A stretch of DNA of 62,442 bases, filler included, from Rhabdomonas costata (GCA_019059605.1; 22 parts of 22 records of this genome joined end to end with filler, not necessarily neighbours in it); one strand, 5' to 3'. Positions 21,846-35,994 are shown, counted from the whole stretch's first letter. A program made the numbers and translations. Notes: generated by a model from the letters alone, not told the origin.

Positions 21846-24800
21846 CTAAAAGGGATCAATAAATACTTGTGGGCATTTTCCCCACACAGTAATAATGTGC
21901 TTATCGAAGCAGGCATGGGGACTTTCGTATAAACAGCAGGCCTCCCGCAACGCTGCGTGGCCGGTCCTTGGGGTCAGAATTTGAGCTTACGCATTCGGCT
22001 GGCCGTGGTTCCCCTTGGCGGCTTATCTAATAAAATCGATAATGAGTTCAAGCGCAGTCAGGCATTACCAGTAAATCCCAAGACACCTCTTTCCCTTACA
22101 ACAAGACATCAAGCCAATCCAATCACAAGAGTGAAAACCCAACAACTGATTGCCACGAACGTAACAAAAAAACCCGAGCAACTTCGATGAGCTGCGACCG
22201 AATCCCTAAGCTTGCAAATCCGAGTGTCAGTTTGACTTTCATGTTTATTCACTGTTTTCGAGTGGGAGGGGGGGGGACGTGGTTTACGCCGAAGAACCAA
22301 AAAACACGATCCAAGGATTATTCTATCGAAAAAAGTCAGAAAAGTATGTATAATGATATTGTTCGGCAGGAAGAGCGTTACAAAAATCTTTATGAAACTT
22401 ACTGTTTCAAAAGGATTTGCAAATGCATCTGAGCACTGATCCCGAGACATTTCCCTCTCACCACTTCTCAATCGAATCTTTGGGAAGGGAGGACATGTGT
22501 ATAGGGAGGAGGAGGGAGGGTGCCCACCTGCTTCAAGACCAGAGTGATGGGCACGTTGGGCAGGGTCAGTGAGGGGTTTAGGTTCACGATCGCTGGGTCT
22601 GTCCATGATGAGATCTCACCTTAGGATGCGGCGTCCCAAAAGAAAGCAGACAACCGCAAATTCCTCATTCCCAAACCCCACCNNNNNNNNNNNNNNNNNN
22701 NNNNNNNNNNNNNNNNNNNNNNNNNNTTAATTAATTAANNNNNNNNNNNNNNNNNNNNNNNNNNNNNNNNNNNNNNNNNNNNGTGGTTGGGGGGCGGGCG
22801 GTCGCCCGGCCCCCAAGGCCCTGACCTAACCCCGGGCGCTGAGGGCGAGGGCTTTTAGGCCTCCGGGCCGGCCCACTTCGCCATCGGACTCATGCTGAAC
22901 ACCGAGCAGCCGATGACAGGTCTAGAACTGCGGTATAGCTAAGTGAACTACTGCTGATGCTGGTGGGAATTGAGCTGGCTGGCAGAGTATCAGATTCCTC
23001 GAGCTGCGGCTGTACTGAAGGAGCAAAGCCGCGGTGAAGGCAATGGCGTATCGTATCCACATGGTGAGAGTGGAGACGTGAGAACATTGACGGAATGGAA
23101 GGATACGCGTGCGCTTGCTGTGATGCGTGAAAGTTTGTCTTGGGTGGCGTTGGTGGTATTCCTTCATCCATCCTCCATAAGGCGAGATTCATGTGGCAGC
23201 GATAATATCCCAAGCACAGATGATGCAATCTTCTTAGGCATTGCGCGCCAATGTTCTGATTGCCAAAGTATATGCGAGTGATGCTGCATCCCAGCAATGG
23301 GGATCGGGCAAAGGAGGAACACTAAGTGTCTAGAGCTAACGCTTTGAGGCGGTTGATGTGAGAAGATACAGTACTTGCGGGAGAGGTGTGACCTTATTCT
23401 ATACAGCTCTTGTGTGTGGACATGGTACAGAAACCAACCGTTCATGACACACGCTGCTGCTGTGTTCATGTGCACGTTTCTTGTGCGTGGTGAAGTTCCC
23501 TTTTGATCTCTTGCCTTTATCTTGCGCGCGTGTTTTAGTGGAAACTGGAGACTAACCACCACTCTAAAGAGTTTTACATTTGGCTGCGGTTGGTAGCGTT
23601 GTTGGATCTCGAGTTTTGTGGTAATAGTTTTACGCTGTGGAGTAGTGATTCTATTTAAATACAGAAAATCTGGTAAAAACCTGAATTTATTGGCAGAAAT
23701 GCCATGCCATGCTCTAAAATAAGATAATAACACAATGTGGTTGAGGTCTTGAACAAAAATATTTTATTATTGACTGAAAAATAGACGGAGATGTAATAGA
23801 ACATTTATTAGGTGTTTTTTGGAGATAAATAGACAAAAGCAGGCAGATAGTGCACCGCGATAGTGACAGAAGAGCTGCAGTGCCATATACATTGTATTCT
23901 ACTTGACATGGGTAATTCCAATTTTATTTAATGTGGTACTCCTGTAACCTTGTTGCCACACTTGAAGATTTCAAAACAGTTTGAATCTGTTTTAATGCTA
24001 GAAGGTCGATTTTTAGTCCCATTCACAGAGGCTTCCTACTAAGTAGCAATGTGGTTCTCCGCAATCCTCAACATTCACTTCATTTAAAGGAGCACTGAAT
24101 GGCGCGTCAAACGTTCCAATAATAACAAAAACACATCTTCACTCAATAAATACAAATAAAGGCAGGCAAATGCGTCAAGGAGCTTAAAAATCACCTCATC
24201 ACTCCGACAATTAATGTAATGGATGAACAACTCATCGCAAAAGACGGAACTAAAACACAAAGAAAAACGCGCAAAATTTGATATCATCGAAATTGATTCA
24301 TGGCAATTAGCCGTAAAACACGGTGTAGGCACAGACGGAACAATAATATGCATATGCAATCAATATAGATCGCTATAGTGTGTGTTATAGTGGTAGTTTG
24401 TTGGAGCATACAAGCAGCAGAGATTATGCGACTATGGAGCCTTTTTCTCTACCTGAGTGGCCTTCCCACTCTAAAATCATCACTAAGTATGAGGAATTTC
24501 CATGACGTAGCGAGTGGACATCCAGACACTATGAAACACTCTTTCGGTCGCTACCGCTCCCTCAACATCAGCGAAGCGAATGTGACGACAGTAATCAGGA
24601 GGAGCGTAACGCAGTAAAGCGACGACATGATAGAAGGATCGTAGTCGTAGCCGCAGCGACCAAGTGACAAATCATGTAAGAGTGTGAGTAGAGGCCCTGA
24701 AATCAGTGAATGGATACGACGACTGAATAGGCATCTATCAACCAAGCATCTTGGCAGCTGGTTCATTCACATCTAGCATCAACTGAGTGGTGAGTTCAGT

Positions 24801-26044
24801 GGTTGGTTTTCGCGCATAATTCACACTTTATCACTCCATCAACACCACATCAAACAAAGAACAATGATTCCTCACTCACTAACACCAACTGTGGTTAGTT
24901 TACGCAATTCTGGAACACATTAACGTGAAGTGGGTGCTAATGTGGGCATTTCGGAGTGAATGTTATGAGGTAGCGGTATGGGTTGCATCTTGGAATCTGG
25001 TGTTTCCTCTCACGCTACGTTCATGCTGATGGTACGTGTCATTGTCATGCTACGCTATGCCTCACGTCTCACTTTTCACACAGGTCCATCCATCCACCAA
25101 CATACACACATCAGGATCAAATGATCAAGAATCCACACAGGGTCAGAAACACGCATCATCACAATACGAGTCACACAGAAGGCCTCAGGAACAAGCGCAA
25201 AACCACATACAATCAATCCATCAATACATAATGAACAATCCACCGACGGGGCCCAATAATCTGCACACAGGAATTCCAAAGGCTATACGAATTGGTTCCA
25301 ACATCAAGCGTCTCTACGACATCACGTTGGATGTTCAACACAACCCCATAACATAGATGGAACACTACGTATGAATTTGACGCGGTATTCTTAGGTATGG
25401 CAACAACACACCATGGGTTGATAAGTTTGTGACAATGGTGCCATGATGAGGTAAACACCACCCACATCCGACACACCACCACCACAACATAGCAAAAGTG
25501 ACACACACTACACCACTATTATGGTAGNNNNNNNNNNNNNNNNNNNNNNNNNNNNNNNNNNNNNNNNNNNNTTAATTAATTAANNNNNNNNNNNNNNNNN
25601 NNNNNNNNNNNNNNNNNNNNNNNNNNNGGTGGTGGGTGCCACCAGCCACCGGCCTGAACCGTAGGTACACTTCAGTATACGTTCCGTGTTTTGTGTTGGG
25701 GGGTTCTCCCTGAGTAACGGGGCTTTGGTGTGCGTTCCGGTACTTATGCAGGCAAGACAATTTCACGACTTCACAACACACACCCTCCACACAAATAAAC
25801 GCTAAAACCGCGAGCCCTTCCCCACGCCTTCCGGTGTTACCTTCCAAACTGCAAAAAAGATCTTTCCGAAGCATTCAGCGTCAATTCAATTGCAAATGGC
25901 TGTGATATGACATCCCATGCCTGAATAACAAGATGTGCGGGTCCAAGCATGTAAATAACGCAGGCAGAACCCAAAGCCGTTAACCGGCCGCTGGTGCCCA
26001 GGTTGCGCTTTGAACACACAGCCCATCTGCTCTTTTGCACATAC

Positions 26045-26788
26045 CATGTTGGAGAGCGCGACGAACTTCTCGCGGAGGGAGGGCAGCTGCGGGATCTCCC
26101 CGGCACACCGCTCAAAGAACTGGCACAGGTCCGTGTCGAGCGCGCTATCCACAAGCATGACCTCTTGGCTGGGCGAAAAATGAGCAGAGCTTTGCCCAAT
26201 TGCACGTGTGCACAGCTCATACGGCGAAAAAGGCAGGTGGCAGCGGCAAGAAAGGAGAGGAACGTTGGACATGTGCCAGTGGCACACACCAAGAAGGAAA
26301 ATTGACGGACAAGTGCCCCATGTTACCATCTTACGGCAGCAAATGATGAAAAAAGCCAGCGCGCCAACATAATTAAGGGTAAAAAACGTCGGAAAGGCAC
26401 TTGCCACCCACAGTGTGACCAAAAAACAGAAACCAGCTGTGCAGTGTAAGCATACACTTTGCTTCAGTACGTTTGTTCCATTAGTCAAGATACTTTTTTT
26501 GGTTTGGACCTTTCACTGCTGGAGAGAATCGTTGTGGTCGTCGTGATGGGTTGAAACCACAACTACCAAGAAGGGTGATAGGAGGGAGGTGGGGTAGTGA
26601 ACATACTCCCGGAGTCCTCCACTGTTCTTCAGGAGGTACTCCAAGGAGGGCAGGCTGGAATAGGCGCGGTGCTTCACCATTGGGGTGTAAAACCCGTCCT
26701 CGATGCGGTCGGTGTAGGTCAGCAGGTTGCGCTCGAAGTACTGCACGGCACACCGCGAGCGGGGGTACCCCGCCACGAAGCCCGGCGC
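26045..26788 (-). CDS. EDR1/CTR1/ARMC3-like domain protein, internal exons
   Basis: Exons 26788-26607 and 26168-26045 (GT-AG) give YFERNLLTYTDRIEDGFY...LPSLEYLL...DQEVMLVDSALDTDL...FVALSNM. This matches the EDR1 domain pattern L.Y.D.I.DGFY / PSL..L / EV.LVD...D..L. Confidence 0.8.
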
Positions 26789-29493
26789 CTGAGCACCCCC
26801 CCTCCGTTAACCAGATCTACAAATGTTCACGAATTCAAGAGTGCGCTTTTTGTCGTCCTGAGGGGACTTGCAGCAGCGCCCAACTATTCGTCTGCGGGCC
26901 CCAGGAACAGAGAAGGAATACTAACTTCGGCCTTGATCTTAATAGCTCGGTGACTTCTGATGGGGACCCTGGTACTCAGCCGGAGCCGTACTGGGAGTCC
27001 ATCAGGTCAAAGGGTTCGGCCCACGAGTACCTCAGCTGGCACCGGAGAAGGACCGGAATGCCCCCGGTTTGTAGCTGCCGAATAGCTTGTAACTTGCGTT
27101 TTTTAATTGCTATCTCACCACCAACAAATTTCAGCGCAACATGTACTCAGCCAACGAAGAACTAGTGAAAAAATGGCACCGATTCGGCAAAAACCGACGA
27201 AGTACGAAATAATATGATTATGAGCTGCATTGAGAAATGTGTTTCGTCAAGTCAAGGTCACCTATCCCCCAACTCCGATGATAGACGGAGTGAGCGATCA
27301 CGACTGACACTATTGAGTCTCAGACAAAGAAAGCTCCCTCGTGCAGGCGCACCCCAGTCGTGGAGCACGTGCTGCGCGGCAGAGCGACCCCAAGCAGTCT
27401 TTGGCAAGCCTTCATCATTTCAAGGTGAAGGAGTTTGTGGGGTGTGGAAGTGGGGTGGAAAAGTAACCGAGCGAACGAAGCGAGAGTGAAGGAGAGTAGA
27501 AAGAATAAACGGAAAAACGAAAACCTGTGCAAACGGACACAACAGCGTAGACTGCAAGGGTGGTGTCCCTTGCACAGCATGCAACAGCCGTGAAAAAATA
27601 GCAAGGACTCCAACAAAAAACTTAAGGATGTCAGTGGAAAACCTATGGCACAAAAGCAAGTCAGAGGTATTTACCCCACGCCCTTCCAGAGATGCTCACT
27701 GGGACAATATGTACGTGCAATTGACAAAGCAGTATGCAGACGTCGGCACATCCATATTTACCGACGAGCCGAAGCAGGCCTTGCTTTACACTTACTGGCG
27801 CCAACGGGGACCTTGCAGGAGCAAGCTTTGGAAACCTAGCACGCGCGTCCCCATTGTACACGAGCTAAAATCCGACTCGAAGCCCAAGCGAGGAGCAACC
27901 AAGAAAGCTCCGGTGGAAAAAAGCGCGGCCGAACGGGAACTAAGAGAGAGCAGGAGGCACAGGCGAAGGGTTCGCCAAAGGGGAACACTCCTCCGCAGGG
28001 AAAATGGGAGGGCCCCTCTGGCGTGCACGCCAAGCAAGCAGCATCTGGGAGAGCTTTGCGCCCGTAGCACAGAAGTCAGAGGGACCCTCACACACAGAAT
28101 GAGAGTGAAAGAGGCCGCGGAGCGAAGCCCTTCACAGATGACGTTATTCACAGAGCAAAGAGAGCACGGCAAGCAAGGGAGGAGTGGAGAGAGTGACAGG
28201 AAAGCATCCTCGCAGAAAAAGGAAGTTGTCAGCCGTTACCTATCTGCCTTCCGCTGTGCAGGGCAAAAAACCCCGAAGCGTGGAAGAAATTCTGCCCTGC
28301 AGGAGGGACGAATGGAGGCCCAACAACCCTCTGCCCTTGACCCCCCCCCAGGGCGCACCACCACAAACCNNNNNNNNNNNNNNNNNNNNNNNNNNNNNNN
28401 NNNNNNNNNNNNNTTAATTAATTAANNNNNNNNNNNNNNNNNNNNNNNNNNNNNNNNNNNNNNNNNNNNGTGTGGAACAGGATGCCGTAATAATCAAGAT
28501 TCTCACAACAGCCTGTTCCACACGTAGACCACACCGCAACAAAAATTCCCCCGTACCATTTCAAATTTTCAGGTGGTTTCGGCTTTAAATTATTGTAAGG
28601 TCGGCTTTAATGTTGACTTGCTTCAAAATACATCTCTCTTAAACTTTCAAGCCATCTTCGCCTTTTAAGAACTGTAGCGGACCAAGGAGGTTTCGCCTAC
28701 ATCAGTTTCCAGGCGATTCGGTCGAGGATTCGGCGATTCGGAACCAATGCGGGAAGAAGGCGGGGGTCGAAGATACCGAGAAAGCAGTACCTTTCCGGAA
28801 AGAAGCGCCAGTGCAAAAATATCCTCCCTGTTATGCTTTTGCAGCGGGAACTCGATATGAGACAAGATCCAAGGAACCAATCCATTTTACTCCCGTCAAA
28901 GGTGATGTTACAGAACAAAGCAGAAAAGCTGCTACACCGGCTCATCCCCGGCACCGCGCCATGCTCGTAGGCCTCGGGTGGTCTACGGCACCCTGGGCAA
29001 CATCCAACGCGATAACATGAACCTCAGTTTATTGCAAAGACCGCAGACCGTCTGGCGCGCTCTCCAGTACTGGCGTATCCAATAACCATCTTGCGAATAG
29101 GTTGTAATCCAGCCCGTTGTGGTTTTATTGGCACTACCCACTTTTGAGGCACACCCATATGAATTTTGTTGCCAAGTTATCTGACCTTGTTGCATTGCAT
29201 CGGTTAGGGTAAATATTTATTTCAAGAAAAGTTTCACAACACACTCAACGTTGCACAACACACCTTGTTCGCCAACACAATGAAGTGTACCGAGCAAAAA
29301 CACTTGTACATTACAAAGTGAGGCACATGTATACGGGTGAAGCCCGTAACAACAAACCTAGCACCGAACATGAAGCAAACGCTCCCCACCAGACCGAACA
29401 TGCAGACATAAATAGAAACAGAACGCAGAGATGTCCACAAGAAGAAACACGAGGGAACTCAATGCTGCGCACATTCAGAGAGAGCGTACAGGG

Positions 29494-31138
29494 TCAGGAC
29501 TGGCCCTCCGCCTCTTCCTCGCTGTCGTCCGAGGTGGTGGCGGCAGGTGGAGGAGCGGAAAAGCGGCCCATCCCACCATGGTCCGCCTTGGCCCCGCCGG
29601 ACTTGTTGAAGCTCAACATGTTCTTGAAGTCCTCCAGGGAAATCTGGCCGTCCCCGTCCACGTCTGCAGTGCGGATCAGCACCTCCATGTCCTCCTTGGT
29701 CATCTCCCCGTAGCCCATCCGGGACATAATCCCTTTCAACACTTCCGGGTCCACAAACCTTAGGGTGAAAAAAGCAGCGGGTGGCTGATTGATTTAAATG
29801 CAATCTGAAGCTCAAAGCATGAAGACTAGACCTGACCACCTGAGCTAGACGTCCCCCACTCCCCATCTATTGTCGGAGTAAGTGTGGCTTGCAAAAGGGA
29901 AACGATGTCAGCCATTTTTCACTTAAATCTCTTCAAACGGGATTAGAACGTACAGTGTAGGATATCAGCCTGGTTACCAGACTTAAGCGGCCATCGTAAT
30001 CACTTCTGCGCTGCATCGTAGTCCTTCCAGGTGCAGATTCCTAACAACACATCAACACAAGCGCCTTCTTTTGCACCTTTGTCAACGAAACCATTTCGCA
30101 TTTTGAACCTCTGAACAAAGAAGGAATATCAGGAAATATCACATCGCAAACGCGTGCAGCCAACGCACCCTGAGCCGTGGGGGTCGTACACTTTGAAGGC
30201 TTCCCGGACGGGGTCAAAGTTGGTGATGTTGTTGTTCTCCAGGAGTCCCCATAGAGTCTCCACCTATTTAAGTCGTGGTGGTAAGTGGTGGGCATCCCCT
30301 TCCCTCGCTCAGCCCATACATAAGGGGGGGGGGTCCTATACCAAAGATACCAAAGGATGACTTTTTATTGCGTTGTCCGCCGAACAAAAACAATGCTTTT
30401 TTCTGTTACTGCATCGCAGCGTAGCGTACTGAAATCAATGCAAAGCGCGGACATACAGGTGAAGAGTAGATTCTGTTTAGCTATTTCTTCCGCCATCGCA
30501 AGCCGCCTTCTCGATTGCTTACCTTGCCGTCGCAGCTGGTCTTTCTGGTGTGGCAACCGACTCATGTGTGGATTTGGTGGTGCAAATGCTCGCCTACTCA
30601 CAATGTGCCGACTCACCGTCTCTGAGCCTCTGTGGAATCAGCCTCGCGGAGCCTCGCGGGGGAGTGGGCACGATCCTTCTCACAGATCCACCAGGACGGA
30701 GGGTGGAAGGGGAGCATGCACTACTGCTGCTGGGGCACCACTGAAACATTCGTTCTATTTAGTATGTGTTAAGCATAGTCAAGTCCAGCAACCAGACAAC
30801 ACATACCACGACGTGCAGATCGGCTGGGAAATTTCGGACGGGTAAGGGAGCTCCATGACATAAAGGAATGAATGCTGACGTGAATGAGGCCAATGACGCG
30901 GAGGTTTCAGTATGACTGCCATCAACCCGGGACTGGGAAAGGAGGGAAATCGACAACGGAGATTCCGTTGTGCTGACTCAAAAAGCAAGGCGGACACCGT
31001 AAAGTTCTGTTCGCTGATGAGAAAGCGGTACTCCTTGTTGGTCATGTTGGGGTAGAAGGCACTGAGGCGAGCCTTGAGGTCCTTGGGGCGGAGAATCCCC
31101 TTCCCGGAGACGTCAAAAAAGCTGAACGCTGACTCCAC
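29494..31138 (-). CDS. Calmodulin/centrin-like EF-hand protein, last three exons
   Basis: Exons 31138-30998 (AFSFFDVSGKGIL), 30263-30169 (DPVREAFKVYDPHGSG) and 29758-29494 (FVDPEVL...ADVDGDGQISLEDF...*). All are GT-AG and in frame. Confidence 0.92.
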
Positions 31139-32713
31139 CTGCAAATACACGTCTCCAACATTTATACAACAAGGGAACGGCAAATCTTCGTCTGAAACTC
31201 GAGTGAAATGGNNNNNNNNNNNNNNNNNNNNNNNNNNNNNNNNNNNNNNNNNNNNTTAATTAATTAANNNNNNNNNNNNNNNNNNNNNNNNNNNNNNNNN
31301 NNNNNNNNNNNGGTTGGGGTGGGAAGGTGCAATGAAAAAGTCGCTCATCCCACCTGTACAGGGTGCAGATAAACAGGCTCGAGAAGAGCGAAAAATCGGT
31401 ACCCATTAAACCTGCTTCCCCGAATGTGGTGGAAATCCACCCTGCATCATTGCATTTTGCATTCTGAGAGCTGGTCTGCAGATGGTACCTGATCGATCTG
31501 CAAGAGAAAAAAACACGAAGGAAACTGGTTTTTCAGCGGAATGCCTGGGGGTGGGAAACTTTCAAGAGATAGATACTATGCAAAGTGTACATGCAAGTCA
31601 CAGACTGCTGCTCCGAAATAACGAATTCGAAAATCAAGAGAAATATCGTCATGGACATTTTTCACGAACTAAATGCGCTGGCATGGCAGTTCCAAAACGC
31701 CAACACTTTTTCACTTGATAGTGATTTGCAGGGTACAATTTTGAGCATTTTTCTGTAGTAATGCCATTCAAAGCGCAGTAGAATGTGGCTGGAGTTTCTG
31801 AAATTGTGCGGATTTAGGGATCCTTTGATGTTGGACAACGTGTCATATCTACACATCAGTTGGCAAAATTGAGGCTTTCTTGATCTGTTTTAAATGATTT
31901 TGTCTTGCCAGCTCATCATTTATGGTCGCCATTATTTTGTAGTTGCGTCTCATTGTTGAAATAAAAATGTTCACAGCGATTTAACAGCTGCCGGAAGGAG
32001 AATGATGACATCCTTCCACAACTGTAAAGATTTTGGTTAAAACGATCACTAACAGATTTACAACTTTAATACAACGAGCTGTAGTTCGCGACGTCAACCA
32101 ATTGCGTACCTGCACAGGAGGAGCGAACTGATAGGGCGCATCCACAATTGTCGGAACAACCTCCCATTCATCTCCACCAACTCCTCCGCACACTGGATGC
32201 ATCTGAACGGTGCAAACAACTACTCATCCATACACATACGTCAACCCTGAAGATGAACCATGGATGTCACGGCATCTAAACTCTTGCAATTCAGGATCAG
32301 AACAGGAGTGAGCGGCGGTTGTGCTATCATGTGGTCAGTTTTCCTGAATCAAGGCAACCAGTTCCTCGCCGCTGACAAATTCGGATTCCTTTCCTTTCCG
32401 TACTGCGCAAGCCTCAAGGGAAGGTGTCATGTCACGGTTAACCGAACTCCGCTCAGTTCAAAAATAGCTATCTCTGGCATACTTCACCCCGTTCTATCTG
32501 TCACAGCTGTCAAACCACCACCAAGGTCATATGGACCCGGGTGTCGAGGTGGATGAAATAAATGATGAACATGAAAATGTACTGACATATTTTTGGAGGT
32601 TTCGATAACAGGTTGGATCTATGCAGGACGGCGACAAGTGTTGGGAGGCCCAAAGAAAATAAATCTCGTGAAAAGTGCTCAGCGATAAAAACAGAATTTG
32701 GGCGAATAAGTAC

Positions 32714-33239
32714 CTCTTCCGGCTTATGTGGTTGCTTGGGCTTGGGCTTCGACATGGGCTTCGGCTTGCTGGGCTTTGGTTCGGGTGTGGAATGCTGGTC
32801 AGTGGGACCTCCACTCGGTCCGGCATCCTTCTTTTTCTTCTCCTTCGGAGTGGCTTGAAACGGTTTCACCACAACAGGGCAGCCGTTGATCAGAAGCTGG
32901 CCTTCCCGCAGTGCGGCCTCAGCTGCAGCCATGGTGTCAAACTGGACCACCGCAAATCTGGTGGCCCATCGCAAGAAAGCCAAAAGCACCCCCCTCCCTC
33001 CTCGGAATGACGTGAACGGAGGCAACCAAGATCAATCAGTACGCAAAAGTGCTGCAAAACACATTCTCGTTGTCTCCTTTTTCTTTTTCTTCGTGTGCCA
33101 CGCTTTTTCTTCGTACGCACCGCTTCTTGAGATTCAGGGTGGGCCGTTTGACCTCTCCGAAGATACTGCAAGCGCATAGCACTGCCGCATCCGTCGCATC
33201 CACAGGAATTGGACACAGGTAGATCGCTGGAGTGAGGAG
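32714..33239 (-). CDS. RRM-domain RNA-binding protein, internal exons
   Basis: Exon ~33239-33121 (IYLCPIPVDATDAAV...IFGEVK...KKR, RNP2-like) is spliced GT-AG to exon 32957-32714 (FAVVQFDTMAAAEAAL...INGCPVVVKP, RNP1-like), followed by a Lys/Pro-rich linker. Confidence 0.8.
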
Positions 33240-33809
33240 CTATACCAGAAGAAACAGCAGATGCTTTGGCTTTGCGGGATTTTCAGATCGCAATGGTGAC
33301 AATCGAAATCATAAGACTCTGCCCCGGATGCTGAATAGTAAGGGCTGGGCCTGCACAAGCGCAACATTAACTTTGTGCACCGGGATAGAAGCCGAAAGAG
33401 AAAACGGGGAATAGGGGCGGGAACGGACCCGTTTCAGGCAAATTATTCTACAACATAAAAAAATACATCCGAAACACAGAGTACAATCATTGTCCAGTGT
33501 TCAAAGTCCGGCGCACACACTTCCGTTGTGTTGTGACTTTCTGAGGTGACACGAACAATATATAGTTGGGTTAAACTATGCTTCCGGATCAAAAGAGCCC
33601 TCGGGCAAGGAGCGCTTATAAAGGTAGTGAAGGAATCTCTACGTGCCGAATTGAGCTGGCAAGTGTTTTCCACATCCGCAAACGCTCGGTTAGATCCTGA
33701 CTTTTCGCTGAGTTAGCTGAATAAAAGTGTCCACCGCCAAATGCTGTAACATTGATTTAAGGCCACATGTGATGATATTCGGTTTAGCGTTGTTATGGGG
33801 TACCCCAAA

Positions 33810-33876
33810 CATATATATATAACATATAACTAACATACTAACATAAATAACATATAACTATGTATATATATAACAT
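33810..33876 (+). repeat. AT-rich simple repeat (ATATAAC-like)
   Basis: Direct reading. Confidence 0.8.
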
Positions 33877-34144
33877 CCATTGCTGCAAAAACAACTGAAT
33901 AAGAAAATTTTCGTTGGTATTTTTCGCTTGTGAACCCTCTCGATTAATAAGTCGAATTCTCTCCAAATAACAGCGCTTCACTCCATTCAGATGACAATGA
34001 CTTATTGACTTAAGTCTTGGACCTTGGTGGACACAAACCCACCCNNNNNNNNNNNNNNNNNNNNNNNNNNNNNNNNNNNNNNNNNNNNTTAATTAATTAA
34101 NNNNNNNNNNNNNNNNNNNNNNNNNNNNNNNNNNNNNNNNNNNN

Positions 34145-35634
34145 CTCGACCTGCGCCGCGGCGACCTGCACTCAGGCCGAGTGCTGCACTGGCATGTACC
34201 ATATAACTCTTTCTCACTTTCTCGGCGTCTTCAAACCATGTGTGTCCGCGCACTCGCTGAGGAGCAAGCAAGGCCTGGTCCCTGCTCATGATGAACTACG
34301 GCATTTGGACTGGCAGGGGGTTTGGGGGATCGTAAAAAAGTCGCCATTTGTAAACTATGTAGCATAATGTTTCTTAAGCACTGGATGCTCCTTAATTCAG
34401 GTTACCTTTTCTGGGGAATGCCATTAGCTGTAGTTTTTTGCTTCTCACTTTTTGACCTGGTGCGGGCCATAGTTGCTTAGCTTCAGTAACTTCGCAGATT
34501 ACAGCAAGTAGAGAACTTTTTCTCTGTTTGTCTGTAGGAACCTTTGCCTGGAAGGAGAAATGGAGACACCCCTGGAGGGGGGGGGGTCAATTGTGAAGTG
34601 TGAGGGGGGAAACCTTTTTGCTGTGCACTCAGCGGCGGTTGGGGCCACCTGCGCTGGCTTTTCATGCCCGTCCGGCTTCATCGTCAACTCTTCCAACGCG
34701 ACCTGCGCCGCAGTAACCTGCACCCCAGCCGAGTGCTGCGCGGGTGTGCTCCCGCCCCCCTGCCCACATATAACCACCACCTTCTCCTCCTCCTCCCACG
34801 GGAACATACACACGCACGCAGATTCACACTCCGCCCTTCTTATCCATCTCGGTTTCTGTTGTTCTCTACTCACTGGTGAACTCACACAGTGGCACCCCTC
34901 CAAACCGCATCCGCAACCTGGACAATACCGCAACCTGGACTATGGACAATAGCCTTGAGCTTGGGCCTTGGATTTTTTTGGTTTTCTGATTGGGTTTGGG
35001 CTGGGTGGGGCCCTTCTGTGGTTCAGGATAAAATTCCATCCTCCTTCACCTGACGTTGGTTTCCTTATCTTCTGGGAGTGACCTTGAATGGGCCTTCCAT
35101 TTAGGTGAACGTGTGCTCCAGAAGCGCTATGTTTTTCCTTTGTTGGGTGCAAAATATTTTCCCTTGCGGTTGTCGAGATCGGCTAGCTGCAAAGGAGTCG
35201 CACAGAGAGCTGGCGTTGTGTATCTTTGCAGCTGTAGTCGTGACTCCGACGTGCGGAAGCAGCAACTTCACATGCCCCTCGGGGTTCTCTGCGAAGAGCA
35301 CCAGCTCCCCATGCTCCTCGTCGTCCTGCGTCGTGACGGACTGCTGCACTGGTGGGCTTTGCCTTATTGTTTACCCTTGCTCTCTGCTGTATTGCGCACA
35401 ACGCAACCGCATGCCAACCCTCACGGTTTATTGTTATTAAACTGTTAAACGACGTTCAACGATAAGGTTCCAAATTATGCTGGTAGGCTCCTCCACCCAA
35501 ACCCCGCTCATGAGCTGATTTTGTGGCCCATTGATACAAAAACTCCCCTAGTCCCCCCAGGCAACGTTCCCGCCTCAGCCACACTCTCCGGCCGCGCCGA
35601 GGGCTCGCCTCCGCGGCGTGGCCTTCGCTACTAA
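34145..35634 (+). CDS. Cysteine-rich repeat protein (probably secreted or surface), 3' exons
   Basis: Exons <34145-34191 (TCAAATCTQAECCT), 34633-34743 (TCAGFSCPSGFIVNSSNATCAAVTCTPAECCA), 35232-35351 (TCGSSNFTCPSGFSAKSTSSPCSSSSCVVTDCCT) and a probable terminal exon 35561-35634 (NVPASATL...LRY*). All introns are phase 1. Confidence 0.8.
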
Positions 35635-35994
35635 ATAACTCTGTCCCTTTTGTTGGGCAACTGCTGGGAACCGTTCATCGCCGTTCCGGGCAAACCGCTT
35701 TCGGCCTCTAACCACCACCAGAAAAAACGAGGAATGGTACCCCGACACAAAATGTACAATTTTGCAACACACCGTTTAACAACGTAAAACCGTTCAACAC
35801 CACCCCACTCCCCAAAATGCATCCTGCATCGGACCGCCGCTGTCGAACCTCGAGCCCTTCGAGAAGCGCGCGCTGACGGCACCAGGCGAAGGCACCGCAT
35901 AGATCTGCACAGAGACCGTTTATTTGTTTTTTCCCCGTTGCTTCTGCGTTGCGAGGAGCTCGTTGGGGGTGCCTGATACTGTTATGCTTTGCAG

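Noticed and set aside
22783-25527. Contig with scattered coding-like text, possibly an old transposon
   Set aside because: I could not identify any motif or splice pattern.
26161-26607. Apparent non-canonical intron in the EDR1-like gene (LRE|VML junction)
   Set aside because: A GT donor at 26606 with the AG at 26170-26169 restores the frame canonically (LRDQEVML).
27628-28369. Long basic ORF on the plus strand
   Set aside because: Purine-rich low-complexity sequence with no domain signal, so probably spurious.
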